From a virus (lineage: Duplodnaviria; Caudoviricetes): a DNA stretch of 64,000 nucleotides. The notes under the pieces were generated by a model. The model saw nothing but the letters and a program-made list of their open reading frames with translations. It ran no database searches and was not told the DNA's origin. The stretch covers positions 1 to 64,000 of the IMG/VR virus record IMGVR_UViG_3300033068_001265; one strand, given 5' to 3'. Each line of letters opens with the position of its first letter. The stretch's first letter is position 1. Shown piece by piece: positions 1-9,726 of the stretch. Made by a program: the position numbers and the translations under genes.

Positions 1-448
1 TGCAACCGCAGGAGACGGGGGAACTGCAACCGCAGGAAAGTGGGGAACTGCAACCGCAGGATACGGGGGAACTGCAATCGCAGGAAACCGGGGAACTGCA
101 ACCGCAGGAGACGACGGAACTGCAACCGCAGGAAACCGGGGAACTGCAACCGCAGGAGACGACGGAACTGCAATCGCAGGATACGGGGGAACTGCAACCG
201 CAGGAGACGGGGGAACTGCAACCGCAGGAAAGTGGGGAACTGCAACCGCAGGATACGGGGGAACTGCAACCGCAGGAAAGTGGGGAACTGCAACCGCAGG
301 ATACGGTGGAACACTCATCTTGCGGTGGTGGGATGGTTGCCGTGACCGCACTGTCGTCGGCCATGTTGGCGAAAATGGAATCTTGGCGAATGTAGCTTAT
401 CGGTTGAACGAAAACGGAAAAATGGTGAAGGTAAGGGTAGAAGAGTGA
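1..448 (+). CDS. 5'-partial octapeptide-repeat protein (ATAGxxGT x13, ice-nucleation-like beta-solenoid) with short C-terminal domain
   Basis: Frame starting at nt 2 reads ATAGDGGT ATAGKWGT ATAGYGGT ... LILRWWDGCRDRTVVGHVGENGILANVAYRLNENGKMVKVRVEE*. TGA at 446-448 overlaps the GTG of the next gene (GTGA). Not in the ORF track because its start lies outside the window. Confidence 0.8.
   Translation, partial: ATAGDGGTATAGKWGTATAGYGGTAIAGNRGTATAGDDGTATAGNRGTATAGDDGTAIAGYGGTATAGDGGTATAGKWGTATAGYGGTATAGKWGTATAGYGGTLILRWWDGCRDRTVVGHVGENGILANVAYRLNENGKMVKVRVEE
2..313 (+). repeat. 13 tandem 24-bp coding repeats GCAAYCGCAGGA-NNNNNN-GGAACT
   Basis: Directly visible. The variable hexamer codes DG/KW/YG/NR/DD. 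Confidence 0.95.
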
Positions 449-1116
449 AATGCCAACATGATGGTACCCCCCTCTACTTTCCTGATGAGATGGCTCTTCA
501 TCCTTCTGGATTGAATTGTAACGAGTATCAGGTAAAACCAGATTTTGGACTGTATGCTGACTTTGCATGGCGACCGACTTGGCGAAACGAATTCATCAAC
601 TGGCCAGACTTCAGGATTCCGGTTGATCTAGATTTGGCGGTACAACAGATCTGGGATGCCTGTGAGCGAGCGAGTTGTGGTGAGGTAGTAGAGGTAGGTT
701 GTATCGGTGGACATGGACGAACGGGAACCATCCTTGGGTGCGCTGTCACATATTCTGTTGGTTTAAGCTGTAGCACTGAACAAGCAACCGAATGGGTCCG
801 AACTAATTACTGTGATAGGGCCATCGAAACCGCATTACAGCAATGGTTCATAAGCTACTTTAGGTCCCAGATCTTTAATCTAGAGGTTCCACCGAAGCCA
901 ACCCCTCAAACGGTAAAAACTTCCATGGATACCTACTGCTCCAAAACCAATCATTATGCAATGTGGATACAGGGACATTCAAAGTGCGCCGATCGTTCAT
1001 CGTGTCCAGTATGGGCATCTGATGTAAGGTCCTTTGAGTCGGGTACCATTCCACAGAACATTAAAACATTTGGGGCAGCACTGCTTTCAAGGTACAAACA
1101 GGACGGGAGGTCTTAA
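445..1116 (+). CDS. protein-tyrosine/dual-specificity phosphatase-like protein
   Basis: CX5R P-loop VGCIGGHGRTGT, upstream WPDF acid loop, downstream AIETxxQ. Confidence 0.8.
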   Translation: MKCQHDGTPLYFPDEMALHPSGLNCNEYQVKPDFGLYADFAWRPTWRNEFINWPDFRIPVDLDLAVQQIWDACERASCGEVVEVGCIGGHGRTGTILGCAVTYSVGLSCSTEQATEWVRTNYCDRAIETALQQWFISYFRSQIFNLEVPPKPTPQTVKTSMDTYCSKTNHYAMWIQGHSKCADRSSCPVWASDVRSFESGTIPQNIKTFGAALLSRYKQDGRS

Positions 1117-2568
1117 ATGGGTTATGGCGTAACAACAAAAAACCCTTGGCCTAAAGTAAAGTTCGACCCAGATGACACCAGCACCGATTGGGGGGCGATA
1201 TTCAAGACTCTTCGACCAAAAGAATCTGACCCCTTTCAAGCTGCGGCAGACTTCTATTTACTGTTTGGAATTGTTAATGGTTCGTTTGTTGCAATCCGAA
1301 AGGATACGATCCCCCCTTTACAGTCAGCGATCCAAGCTGCTTCAAAGCTTGGATTGAGTCTAGAGGATATGGAATGGAGGAATCAATACCTTAAAGAGGT
1401 CAAGGAATTTGGCCCTTGGGAGATTCTTCGTAATCTGACGACCCTAGCTAGAATTGAGTTAGTGGCTCGTGTGGATTATTGGGACGAGCAGTTCAGTAAC
1501 TACATTGAGTTAGCTTGTGGCGGAGAGATTCGACATCATCAAGCCATCGGAAATGTGGTTCTTTCTGGAACACGCAAAACAGCTTGGACCCAGTGGCCTC
1601 GGGTTGTAGCTCTTTATGGGATCGAATCAGCTTACACAACGATGTCGAATTTATTTGATGAATTCGGCCCGGGCTCATTTGGGGGCAGACCATGGGCGAT
1701 AGCGGCTGAGTTAGTAAGAGATAGACTACTTGGTAAGTTGGGTCCCACTGATTATCTGAACAAGCAAATGTTTGTTGATCGGGTGTTTACGTTACAACAC
1801 AACGGAGGATCCTTCCTAAACAAGTTAGACTGGGCAAACAACAGGATGATACGTGGTCTTCCTTACAGTGAGGGAATTGGATCCATGCCTGCTACGGTCT
1901 TGGAGTTTCAAGCATCTAACCCACCCAACATCGAGGGACTTTGGAAGTATGCATCTTATGAAGCCCAAGAAATTGTAAAGCAGTTTCTAGATACAGCCAG
2001 TGCTTACAACTTGGAAATAAATGGCACTTGGGATCCTGCGAAAAACCTCAGCTCAGCTGGATCAACAGATGACTTAATCACAGGCAGTTCCACAAAAAAC
2101 CACGTTACCTTCATCCAAGGAGCAACGCATGATGCGTTCATTCAAGGGTCACCGACGGTAACTCATTATTGCTATGGCGATGGGTGCCCCGAGTTGTTGA
2201 TAACGACGGGTAAGTCTGGTGGAGTAAGCTCGGGAGCGATAGACTACGTGTTGGATGTCGAACCATCCTGTTTGGATGCCCTCTGCCACACATCAAAGAT
2301 GTGGACGGTCGCTATTAGTTGTGGGATTACGGTGAAAGGGATCAGTGATTGGGTAGATGTTACAAAAACCTACACAGAAGAGGAACTGATGACAAAGAAG
2401 TTCCACTGGAAGCACTTCACTAAAAAGAAATACCCAGGAGCAACACCAGACAGTATTACCATAACCTTTACCTCACCCGAACTCAGGGTGACATTTGATA
2501 CCATCGAGTCACCCTGTAAAGCATTCAAGTATGTCAAATACGCAGAACATTACCTATCAACCACCTAA
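1117..2568 (+). CDS. hypothetical phage protein (GEIRH / FGGRPW / HNGG motifs)
   Basis: 483-aa ORF abutting the previous gene, with conserved-looking motifs. Function unknown. Confidence 0.6.
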   Translation: MGYGVTTKNPWPKVKFDPDDTSTDWGAIFKTLRPKESDPFQAAADFYLLFGIVNGSFVAIRKDTIPPLQSAIQAASKLGLSLEDMEWRNQYLKEVKEFGPWEILRNLTTLARIELVARVDYWDEQFSNYIELACGGEIRHHQAIGNVVLSGTRKTAWTQWPRVVALYGIESAYTTMSNLFDEFGPGSFGGRPWAIAAELVRDRLLGKLGPTDYLNKQMFVDRVFTLQHNGGSFLNKLDWANNRMIRGLPYSEGIGSMPATVLEFQASNPPNIEGLWKYASYEAQEIVKQFLDTASAYNLEINGTWDPAKNLSSAGSTDDLITGSSTKNHVTFIQGATHDAFIQGSPTVTHYCYGDGCPELLITTGKSGGVSSGAIDYVLDVEPSCLDALCHTSKMWTVAISCGITVKGISDWVDVTKTYTEEELMTKKFHWKHFTKKKYPGATPDSITITFTSPELRVTFDTIESPCKAFKYVKYAEHYLSTT

Positions 2569-2577
2569 GGAGAAACA

Positions 2578-3519
2578 ATGACTGACTACAAGAACTACAC
2601 CGATCACCTCCTGAATTCTGAGACCCCTTTCATTGGGGCACTTTCATGGTACTCTGTTTCAGACAGTGCCAGAATTCAACACCCAGATCTCATCAAGTGG
2701 GTCGAGGAATTTGATGCACCAATTAAGGTTCCAGCTGTAGCTAAGCCCGGTGATGTTTTCCGGCGAGCCACTAAGCAAGCACAGCGGAATAAGGTTCCTA
2801 CAGGTAAGCCAGGAACGTTCTACAACTTCATGATTCGTGACTTAGGTTATGATGATAACTTTGTACGACGAATGCTGGTGGCCGAGCAGGTTGACTCCAA
2901 GGATCGTGACGTCGATTATGACAAGCTTTCCAAGATCACCTTTAACAAGATCAACAGGGAAATCACTTTCGAAGATTACGACGAGAGAGACGATGCCACC
3001 ATTAAGGTTGCATCTGAGATCAAGGACTTCATCACAACCTTTGTGGCTCAGAACTCCTTCACAGTAGCCCCTGTGGTTGTTCGATCTATTATCAGGGATT
3101 GCTTAGAGACAACTTTAAATGGTACAGCTGTACGTCCGGGTGGAGGTGTCTATTTCCTCTCCCTTGAACGCCTAGAGGAATTAGAGGCAGCTTACAAGGT
3201 GTTCGCAAACCTTGATGGTGCCTCCATCCATTATCACCCACTGGTTGATGACGAGCGTCAACGTGCCATGGTTAAGGAGGCCTTTCAGTCAGAGTGTGAG
3301 AGTTCCATCAGGGACCTTGTAAGTGACGCCCAGGACCTGCTAAAGTTGGATGGTCCAGTTCCAGCACGACAGTTCAGTGAGCTATCCAACAGATTAAAGG
3401 CAACCAAGTCAAAGCTAGGTGTTTACTCGTCAATTCTAGAGGGTCAACTGTCCAAGACTGAATCTGACCTAGAGATTGCAAGAGCTCAAATCGAGAAATT
3501 GCTCAATAAGACCCACTGA
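2578..3519 (+). CDS. DUF6744/DUF3150-like phage protein
   Basis: SD AAGGAG; GALSWYSV, DVFRRAT and RPGGGVYF motifs recalled from this family. Confidence 0.6.
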   Translation: MTDYKNYTDHLLNSETPFIGALSWYSVSDSARIQHPDLIKWVEEFDAPIKVPAVAKPGDVFRRATKQAQRNKVPTGKPGTFYNFMIRDLGYDDNFVRRMLVAEQVDSKDRDVDYDKLSKITFNKINREITFEDYDERDDATIKVASEIKDFITTFVAQNSFTVAPVVVRSIIRDCLETTLNGTAVRPGGGVYFLSLERLEELEAAYKVFANLDGASIHYHPLVDDERQRAMVKEAFQSECESSIRDLVSDAQDLLKLDGPVPARQFSELSNRLKATKSKLGVYSSILEGQLSKTESDLEIARAQIEKLLNKTH

Positions 3520-3938
3520 TGGCAGACAGCCAACATCACCCCTTGGACGATGTACAAAAGGCATTATTCGACCAAGGGTTGACACCCAAGGAGAAGTACG
3601 CACTCTTATTCAACGCTCAAAAGATGATAGATCCCAAAGTAATCCATCCGATTCTTGACCCAGCTAAATGGAGTGCCAGTCATCAGACTTTGGTGGTGTT
3701 TGAAGTGTCAGCAGATGCTCCCATGACTCACGTTGAAAGAGCTATCAGGATGGCTACAGGACTGAACACCAACACAACCATAAAGTCAGATATCCTCAGT
3801 GTTGCTGATGGTGTATACTACTCAGGGTTGGTTTGGGTTGGTGATTCACCGGGAGGAATTCCCGAAGATCAGATAACTAAACAAGCACAGTCATGGGGAT
3901 ACAATCAATTATTCATCCACAAATACGTAGGACCATGA
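3519..3938 (+). CDS. hypothetical protein
   Basis: TGATG coupling with the upstream gene. Confidence 0.6.
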   Translation: MADSQHHPLDDVQKALFDQGLTPKEKYALLFNAQKMIDPKVIHPILDPAKWSASHQTLVVFEVSADAPMTHVERAIRMATGLNTNTTIKSDILSVADGVYYSGLVWVGDSPGGIPEDQITKQAQSWGYNQLFIHKYVGP

Positions 3939-3939
3939 G

Positions 3940-4116
3940 ATGTCTCTTGTCGACTCACCCGAAGCACATCTTGTAGAGTTCGAAAACTTAGATCAATGTA
4001 TCCGAGTCTTCTGTTGCTGTGGATACTCCTGTATTACTGCAAAATCTAGTGATCCGGCTATACTAGAAACCTTTGCTGTCGCCCTAGAGAAACGACACTA
4101 CACACTAAACACCTGA
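3940..4116 (+). CDS. small Cys-rich hypothetical protein (58 aa, MSLVDSPEAH...)
   Basis: Fills the gap; ATG at 3940 after AGGA, TGA at 4114-4116; below the ORF-track cutoff. Confidence 0.45.
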   Translation: MSLVDSPEAHLVEFENLDQCIRVFCCCGYSCITAKSSDPAILETFAVALEKRHYTLNT

Positions 4117-4131
4117 AAGAGGAACAAGTTT

Positions 4132-5025
4132 ATGCCAGACAATACACTTACACCACAATCATGGGAGGCATTTGTTGGCCAGGAAAAGCTTAAGCGACGC
4201 CTTCAAATCAAGATAGATGCGGCACTGGAACGAATGGAGCCATTGGGACATATCCTATTCCACTCTTCACCCGGTGCTGGTAAAAGCTCTATTGGTATGC
4301 TGATTGCCCAGCAACTTGGAGTTGGATTTACCACCGTTGATATGCCCATCAAGATCAAGGCACTCAATAAGCTCCTGATGGAGACTGATGGTGTTCTCAT
4401 GTTAGATGAGACCCATCGTCTAAAGAAGTCAGACCAGGAGAATTTGCTTCCCGTTCTGTGGAAAGGAATTGTTCAGTTTGACAACGGTAAGCAGGTCAAG
4501 TTACCACCACGGGTAACGATCATTGGTGCCACGACTGAAATTCAGTCCATCATCAAGCCACTACGCGACAGGTTCCATTACGTCGCTAAGTTTGATCCTT
4601 ATACCGATGAAGACATGGCTAAGATTGTTACAAGGATGGCGACACGGGTTGACCTAACTCCAACTCCGGAAGAGTGCAAGGCACTAGGACGTGCCAGTGC
4701 TGGAACACCCCGACAAGCAAGGAATCTCATTCTTACTGCTCGGGACATCGGAACTTGCGACCCATCTCAGGTCCTAGAGACAGCTGGAATCACCTTTGAT
4801 GGTTTGACCGAGGATCATACTGAATACCTATTCGCACTTGACCAAATGGGTCAGCGGGCAGGAGTCGACAACCTCTCCAACCTCACCGGTCAGCCCAAGG
4901 ACATGATTATCGAACTTGAGAAGTTGCTTGTACTCAAAGGTTTGATCATGTACACTGCCAAGGGTCGGGAGTTGACTGTCGAGGGGATGCAAAAGATTAG
5001 ACTTCTGAGGGAGGGAAAGGACTAG
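4132..5025 (+). CDS. ruvB: RuvB-like AAA+ branch-migration ATPase
   Basis: FVGQ, HILFHSSPGAGKS (Walker A), LDETHRL (Walker B), IIGATT, PLRDRF, GTPR, TAKGR winged-helix end. Confidence 0.85.
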   Translation: MPDNTLTPQSWEAFVGQEKLKRRLQIKIDAALERMEPLGHILFHSSPGAGKSSIGMLIAQQLGVGFTTVDMPIKIKALNKLLMETDGVLMLDETHRLKKSDQENLLPVLWKGIVQFDNGKQVKLPPRVTIIGATTEIQSIIKPLRDRFHYVAKFDPYTDEDMAKIVTRMATRVDLTPTPEECKALGRASAGTPRQARNLILTARDIGTCDPSQVLETAGITFDGLTEDHTEYLFALDQMGQRAGVDNLSNLTGQPKDMIIELEKLLVLKGLIMYTAKGRELTVEGMQKIRLLREGKD

Positions 5026-5086
5026 GATACCCAACCAATTAAGTTATACCAGTTAATCCAACTACCAAACAACAGAAGGAATTACA

Positions 5087-5875
5087 ATGGCACCTAGAAC
5101 ATTTGCTAACGACGTGACCCTAACCTTTGGACCCTTGTCTGCCCGAGGCAGACTTGTGGGAGTCAAGGATTCTTCGGCTGGAGAGCCAGGATTCAAGCTT
5201 TGCTCACCCAATGGCAAGGCCGTAGAGCAGCGATATGTAGATGAGGATGGAAACGTCTTTGAGCGCGACCAGCTTGGGCGAGCCTACATTGACGATGAGG
5301 GTAATCTCGTTCAGGTTGATCCAGAAATGATTGCTGAGGCAAAGAGTTCTGTTCTACCCCTGAACAGTATTACGCTGAGATCACATCCTGCTGACGAAGT
5401 AAATAAGTACCTTTACCCCTCTGGCAAGCACCAGGGATACATCTTTGAGCCAACTTGGCGGAATTCAAAGAACAAGATGGTCAGGGAAGATGCCAACACT
5501 CAGGTGTATGATCTGCTTGCAGCAATCGTAGAGAGTTCACCGCTGGCATTTCTGTCTCAGGCTAACATTCAAAATCACGAGGGTTTGTTCCGTGCTGGAA
5601 TCTACCAAGGAATGATTGTCATTCAGAGGCAGCTTGTTCCATCTGAGCTTCACCAGTTCAGCTATGATCCGGCCAGAATTCAAGCCAGTGTTATGAAGAA
5701 GGCCAAGGCTCTCGCTGATTCGTTGGTCGAGGAATTCAATTTCGACACCTACAAGAATGAAGTCACTGAGCGACTGTTGACTGCTCAGACAAATGGGTTT
5801 GCTCCCGGTGACATGCCAGATCGTGAGCCTACGGCGATCGACTTTGACAAGGTCTTGGACGCGTTCCTTAAGTAA
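5087..5875 (+). CDS. ku: Ku-like DNA end-binding protein
   Basis: N-terminal MAPRT..LTFGPLS, VEQRYV, late FNFDTYKNE..ERL pattern and a size matching prokaryotic Ku (divergent). Confidence 0.7.
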   Translation: MAPRTFANDVTLTFGPLSARGRLVGVKDSSAGEPGFKLCSPNGKAVEQRYVDEDGNVFERDQLGRAYIDDEGNLVQVDPEMIAEAKSSVLPLNSITLRSHPADEVNKYLYPSGKHQGYIFEPTWRNSKNKMVREDANTQVYDLLAAIVESSPLAFLSQANIQNHEGLFRAGIYQGMIVIQRQLVPSELHQFSYDPARIQASVMKKAKALADSLVEEFNFDTYKNEVTERLLTAQTNGFAPGDMPDREPTAIDFDKVLDAFLK

Positions 5876-5904
5876 CCCACTCTACAGAAACAAGAAAGGC
5901 AACC

Positions 5905-6558
5905 ATGTTACCTACCACCCCCGCCCTTGAAGGTGAGCGACAGGACCTTTACTGGAAGGTCGCTCAAGCATTCTTTGATGCCCCTGATGGACGCTTGGCA
6001 ATCGAAGACTTCGGTTCTCGGGCTGAGTGTACCCCTATTTCCCCAATCATCGGACACCTCCGTCGACGCTCTTCAACGGAGGTACGTATCGAGTTAGGGT
6101 TATCTGTCAGGAAGAGGAATCGGATATATGGGGCTATCTTTTCCGACCGGGTAGGGCATTACCGTTGGGACCCGAATTTCATGTGGCCATCTGTTGGTGA
6201 GGTGGACGCTCGGGTTATCGAAGCACAAGAGAAGGCTCGTTTACGCGAGGCAAACTCGGTAAAGGCTTCTCCGAGGAAGCCTAAAATCCGAGTGGATGAA
6301 GTGGTGGAAAACGAGGATGTCCAACTGACGTTCTCGGACCCACCCCCGCTCGGCTCAGGTGCCTCTCTCCCGCCCGCCACCGACCCCCCGCCCCCTACCC
6401 CCACCGACCCCCCCAGCGTCGCTCCTGAGGCCACACAGGCCCCTCAGGTGGCCGACGAGCCTACCTGCCGTCTGCTGGCGCTAACCGATAGCGTGGTCGT
6501 GCTCCAAACGGCAGACAAGATCATCGTTGCGGATGTAAAATCCGTTTCAGCGATCTAA
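5905..6558 (+). CDS. hypothetical protein with Pro-rich linker
   Basis: SD GAAAGG; 217 aa. Confidence 0.6.
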   Translation: MLPTTPALEGERQDLYWKVAQAFFDAPDGRLAIEDFGSRAECTPISPIIGHLRRRSSTEVRIELGLSVRKRNRIYGAIFSDRVGHYRWDPNFMWPSVGEVDARVIEAQEKARLREANSVKASPRKPKIRVDEVVENEDVQLTFSDPPPLGSGASLPPATDPPPPTPTDPPSVAPEATQAPQVADEPTCRLLALTDSVVVLQTADKIIVADVKSVSAI

Positions 6559-6561
6559 AGC

Positions 6562-6604
6562 TTCATCGGAGGTTCAGGGGTTCGTTCCCTGAACCTCCGA
6601 TGAA
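6562..6604. terminator. perfect 18-bp stem-loop, possible terminator or processing site
   Basis: TTCATCGGAGGTTCAGGG-7nt-CCCTGAACCTCCGATGAA; intergenic; no U-tract. Confidence 0.55.
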
Positions 6605-6624
6605 TTCAAAGAAACGAGAAACGT

Positions 6625-6867
6625 ATGGAAATAACTTTTACCTACCCACCCCAAGACATTGCCCAAGATCTTTTAGATCGGTTAGATTTCTCTAACATCC
6701 ATTTTCAGTCAGACTATGCAGTGCAAAGTCTTGTAGCGTTGCCTTCACCAGTTGGAATGGTAGTGACGATTGAATTAGAGCATGAAAGCGGACCTTTCTG
6801 TTCTAAGCAAGACTTGCTGGATGATGCGATGAGTCAACTAAACCTTGGGGAGTCTCATGGCTCTTGA
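6625..6867 (+). CDS. hypothetical protein
   Basis: ORF in operon. Confidence 0.5.
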   Translation: MEITFTYPPQDIAQDLLDRLDFSNIHFQSDYAVQSLVALPSPVGMVVTIELEHESGPFCSKQDLLDDAMSQLNLGESHGS

Positions 6868-7168
6868 AAACGAAAAGAAACTACGAGACGCAATAAACAG
6901 AACTGTGAAGGACCTTGGGCTTCAAGTAGATAAAGTAGCCTTCATTCCGGGCAATGAAACCTCACCGGATATGATGGAACTCACTTTAGGGGTTTCCCAA
7001 GAAGCTCTGATGAACATGGATGAACGGGAACAGGCTAAGGTGGATGATATTTTCACCAGCCTAACCTCAGGGTTTGATCTAGAAACCGGAGAGGATAAGC
7101 CCGTTATCCCTGATCAACGTAAGTTCGATATCAAAGCCCAAATTGATGATTGGCTCAACGATGATTAA
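6857..7168 (+). CDS. hypothetical acidic protein
   Basis: SD GGGGAG before ATG 6857. Confidence 0.55.
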   Translation: MALENEKKLRDAINRTVKDLGLQVDKVAFIPGNETSPDMMELTLGVSQEALMNMDEREQAKVDDIFTSLTSGFDLETGEDKPVIPDQRKFDIKAQIDDWLNDD

Positions 7169-7343
7169 GGAAGAGAGTTTCCTCTATGGTCAGTTGATCA
7201 TTAAAGTCCACTGGAAGGCTACCGTGGTTCCAGTATGTAGTTGTGAACCTGAAACATTCAAACATGGGCGTTGCCTCAACTGCCTGCAACAACTTAACCC
7301 AGATTCTCACAAGGGTGTCACCTATGACTTCCACGAACCATGA
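7161..7343 (+). CDS. small CxC/CxxC hypothetical protein
   Basis: Fills the gap and overlaps its neighbours. Confidence 0.4.
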   Translation: MIKEESFLYGQLIIKVHWKATVVPVCSCEPETFKHGRCLNCLQQLNPDSHKGVTYDFHEP

Positions 7344-8130
7344 GCTACCCAGCCTTCCCACTGCCATCACGAATCCAACCAAATATCTGAACGACCCTAA
7401 CTACCTAATCTCACAGAAGATCGATGGTCGTCGGTTGGTGGCTGGAGTGAGAGACAGAAAGCCCTTTGCCTACAACCGATCAGGAGATTCACTAACCCTA
7501 CCACCCCATCTTGACGAGATACTTAAACGCAGATTTCCCGGATCATGGCTCTTCGACGGCGAACTCATCGATAAAGATTATTACATCTTCGATGTCTTGG
7601 AATTTCCCGGTGGCAAGTTGACCAACAACCCCTACTCGGAAAGGCTCCAGTTGATCGAGTCAATTCTTTCTGAGGGACAAATCCCAGTTCTCCATTATGT
7701 ACCATCATATGGACTTAACAAGCACCAGTTCTTTGAGCGTTGCCAGCGTGACAATTACGAAGGCGTAGTATTCAAACGAATAAACGCCCCTTACTCGCCA
7801 GGACGAACCAAGAGTCAACTCAAGTTCAAATTCACTCACACTGTTGACTGTGTTGTTTTAGCTACCGGATCAGATGGTAAAGACAACCTCACACTCGGCC
7901 TTGGTAATGGTGATAGAATGGTTGAAGTCGGCCGAGTGTCAGCCTTGACTGGAGACGGTGACAAGGTTACAATCGGTGATGTTGTGGAAGTGACCTGTCT
8001 TTATGTCACTGAAGACGATAAACTATACCAACCGACCAAACCCAAACTGAGGCAGGATAAGTACCCGGATGAATGTGACATCCTGCAATTAGAGAGTTGT
8101 CGCCCCAATAAATCGATCATTGGAGTATGA
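7324..8130 (+). CDS. minimal ATP-dependent DNA ligase (NTase + OB)
   Basis: Motif I SQKIDGRR, III FDGEL, IIIa FDVL, IV EGVVFK, V KFK, OB ending QPT..KLRQDK. Confidence 0.9.
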   Translation: MTSTNHELPSLPTAITNPTKYLNDPNYLISQKIDGRRLVAGVRDRKPFAYNRSGDSLTLPPHLDEILKRRFPGSWLFDGELIDKDYYIFDVLEFPGGKLTNNPYSERLQLIESILSEGQIPVLHYVPSYGLNKHQFFERCQRDNYEGVVFKRINAPYSPGRTKSQLKFKFTHTVDCVVLATGSDGKDNLTLGLGNGDRMVEVGRVSALTGDGDKVTIGDVVEVTCLYVTEDDKLYQPTKPKLRQDKYPDECDILQLESCRPNKSIIGV

Positions 8131-8564
8131 TGTCTAATGACATAAAGAAAGCGAAGCAGGCACTGAAAACGGAAGTCGACGCTTTACAGGCTGAAGAAGC
8201 TAGTCGCATTCAGTACATGCTGTCACACTTCGACATTCATTCACAGGCCGGGAGAACATCCATCGACCAACAGAAAACTTTCTGCATAGCGATCTCAGAA
8301 CTTTCGGCACAAGCCGCTTCGCAATTATTTAGGCCAGCGAACGAGGTTTACATTCCGGTACATGAATCTGCCCCAATAGTTGTCCGTGAACTGATGGCTA
8401 TACTGGAAACGTATGATGTTCTATCATTTCCCGGTATTGCCGTCGTCTACGACGAACACAATAAAGTCAAGGAACTAGGGGCTGTAGTTATTCCCTACAA
8501 CCAATTCAAACCATTCACCAAACTGCTAACCAACTCACTAACCAAAGGAAACCTAAATGACTAA
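8127..8564 (+). CDS. hypothetical protein
   Basis: ATGA overlap. Confidence 0.55.
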   Translation: MMSNDIKKAKQALKTEVDALQAEEASRIQYMLSHFDIHSQAGRTSIDQQKTFCIAISELSAQAASQLFRPANEVYIPVHESAPIVVRELMAILETYDVLSFPGIAVVYDEHNKVKELGAVVIPYNQFKPFTKLLTNSLTKGNLND

Positions 8565-9726
8565 GAATGACCTCGGCCTCCGCGAGAAGTTTCTCGCTTT
8601 AGAAACAGAACTCAATGGAGAGATTTTTGAACGGCAGGATGAAATTCATTCCGCACTTCTTGCCCTTATCTCTCATAGCCACCACTTCCAGTATGGAACC
8701 CCAGGCGTAGGGAAGTCCTTTCTGGTGGACCGATTGGTACCACGAATTGAAGGACTAGAGGGTGATGCTTATTTCAAGTGGTTGCTCACTAAGTTCTCTA
8801 CTCCTGAGGAATTGTTTGGTGGTCCCAACTTGAAACTCTTCAAGGAAGAAGGTATTTACAAGAGGATCACTGATAAAAAGCTTCCAGTTGCTACGGTGAC
8901 CTTCGTTGATGAAACCTTCAAGGCAAACAGTGCTATCTTGAATGCACTCTTGAAGATCCTCAATGAGAGAGAATTTGATAACTGTAATGAGGACCCACAC
9001 ATTCCACTCATCACTATGTTTGGTGCTTCAAATGAGATTCCATCTTCCAAGGAATTGGAAGCACTTTCGGACCGGTTGCACCTATGGCATCACGTCAAGC
9101 CTATGCAGGAGCCATCCAATTTTGTGAAGATGCTCCAATTGCAAATCGACCCAAATCCACCAAAGGTTCTTTCCTTGGAGGATTTGGACGAGGCACACGC
9201 AGCGGCGTCCGAGGTGATCATACAGGATCACATCTATGAAATCTTCGTAGATCTACAAGCTGAACTGCGTACGGCTGACATCTTGGTAACTGACCGTAGG
9301 TTCCATCAATCAATCGAGGTCATTAAAGCCGAGGCATGGTTAAACAACCATGAAACAACTGAGGTCTTCGACATGAAGCCTCTCATGCACATGCTCTGGA
9401 AGGACCCTGCTCACATTGATACGGTTAGGTCAATTGTGTTGGGTCTAGTTGATCCACTGGAAAAGCAGATCATGGATCTCTCGGATAACTACCGCAAGGC
9501 AATTGCTGAATGGGAGAGGTCACTGCTGGATTCCGACACGGCTCCGATGCGGACCGAAGCAACCATGCAAATGTACGACAAGTTCACAAAGGCCAAGAAG
9601 GAATTGGCTGAGTACAAGGAGTCCGAGAAGAGTACCGGACGTTACTGTCGGTCATTGCATGAGTTTGAGGGGTACCTGAAGTCCACTGCCCTTCAGATCC
9701 GAACAGGATTGGGTATCGATGACTGA
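8557..9726 (+). CDS. MoxR/RavA-family AAA+ ATPase
   Basis: GTPGVGKS, LLTKFSTPEELFG, FVDETFKANSAILNALLKILNER, GASNE, ALSDR. Confidence 0.9.
   Translation: MTKNDLGLREKFLALETELNGEIFERQDEIHSALLALISHSHHFQYGTPGVGKSFLVDRLVPRIEGLEGDAYFKWLLTKFSTPEELFGGPNLKLFKEEGIYKRITDKKLPVATVTFVDETFKANSAILNALLKILNEREFDNCNEDPHIPLITMFGASNEIPSSKELEALSDRLHLWHHVKPMQEPSNFVKMLQLQIDPNPPKVLSLEDLDEAHAAASEVIIQDHIYEIFVDLQAELRTADILVTDRRFHQSIEVIKAEAWLNNHETTEVFDMKPLMHMLWKDPAHIDTVRSIVLGLVDPLEKQIMDLSDNYRKAIAEWERSLLDSDTAPMRTEATMQMYDKFTKAKKELAEYKESEKSTGRYCRSLHEFEGYLKSTALQIRTGLGIDD

Noticed and set aside
1-313. CRISPR array or the Arg/Cys-rich ORF 40..345 (GNCNRRRR)n
   Set aside because: Variable parts are only 6 nt and recur, so they are not spacers. 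The alternative frame gives a sensible solenoid protein coupled to the next gene.
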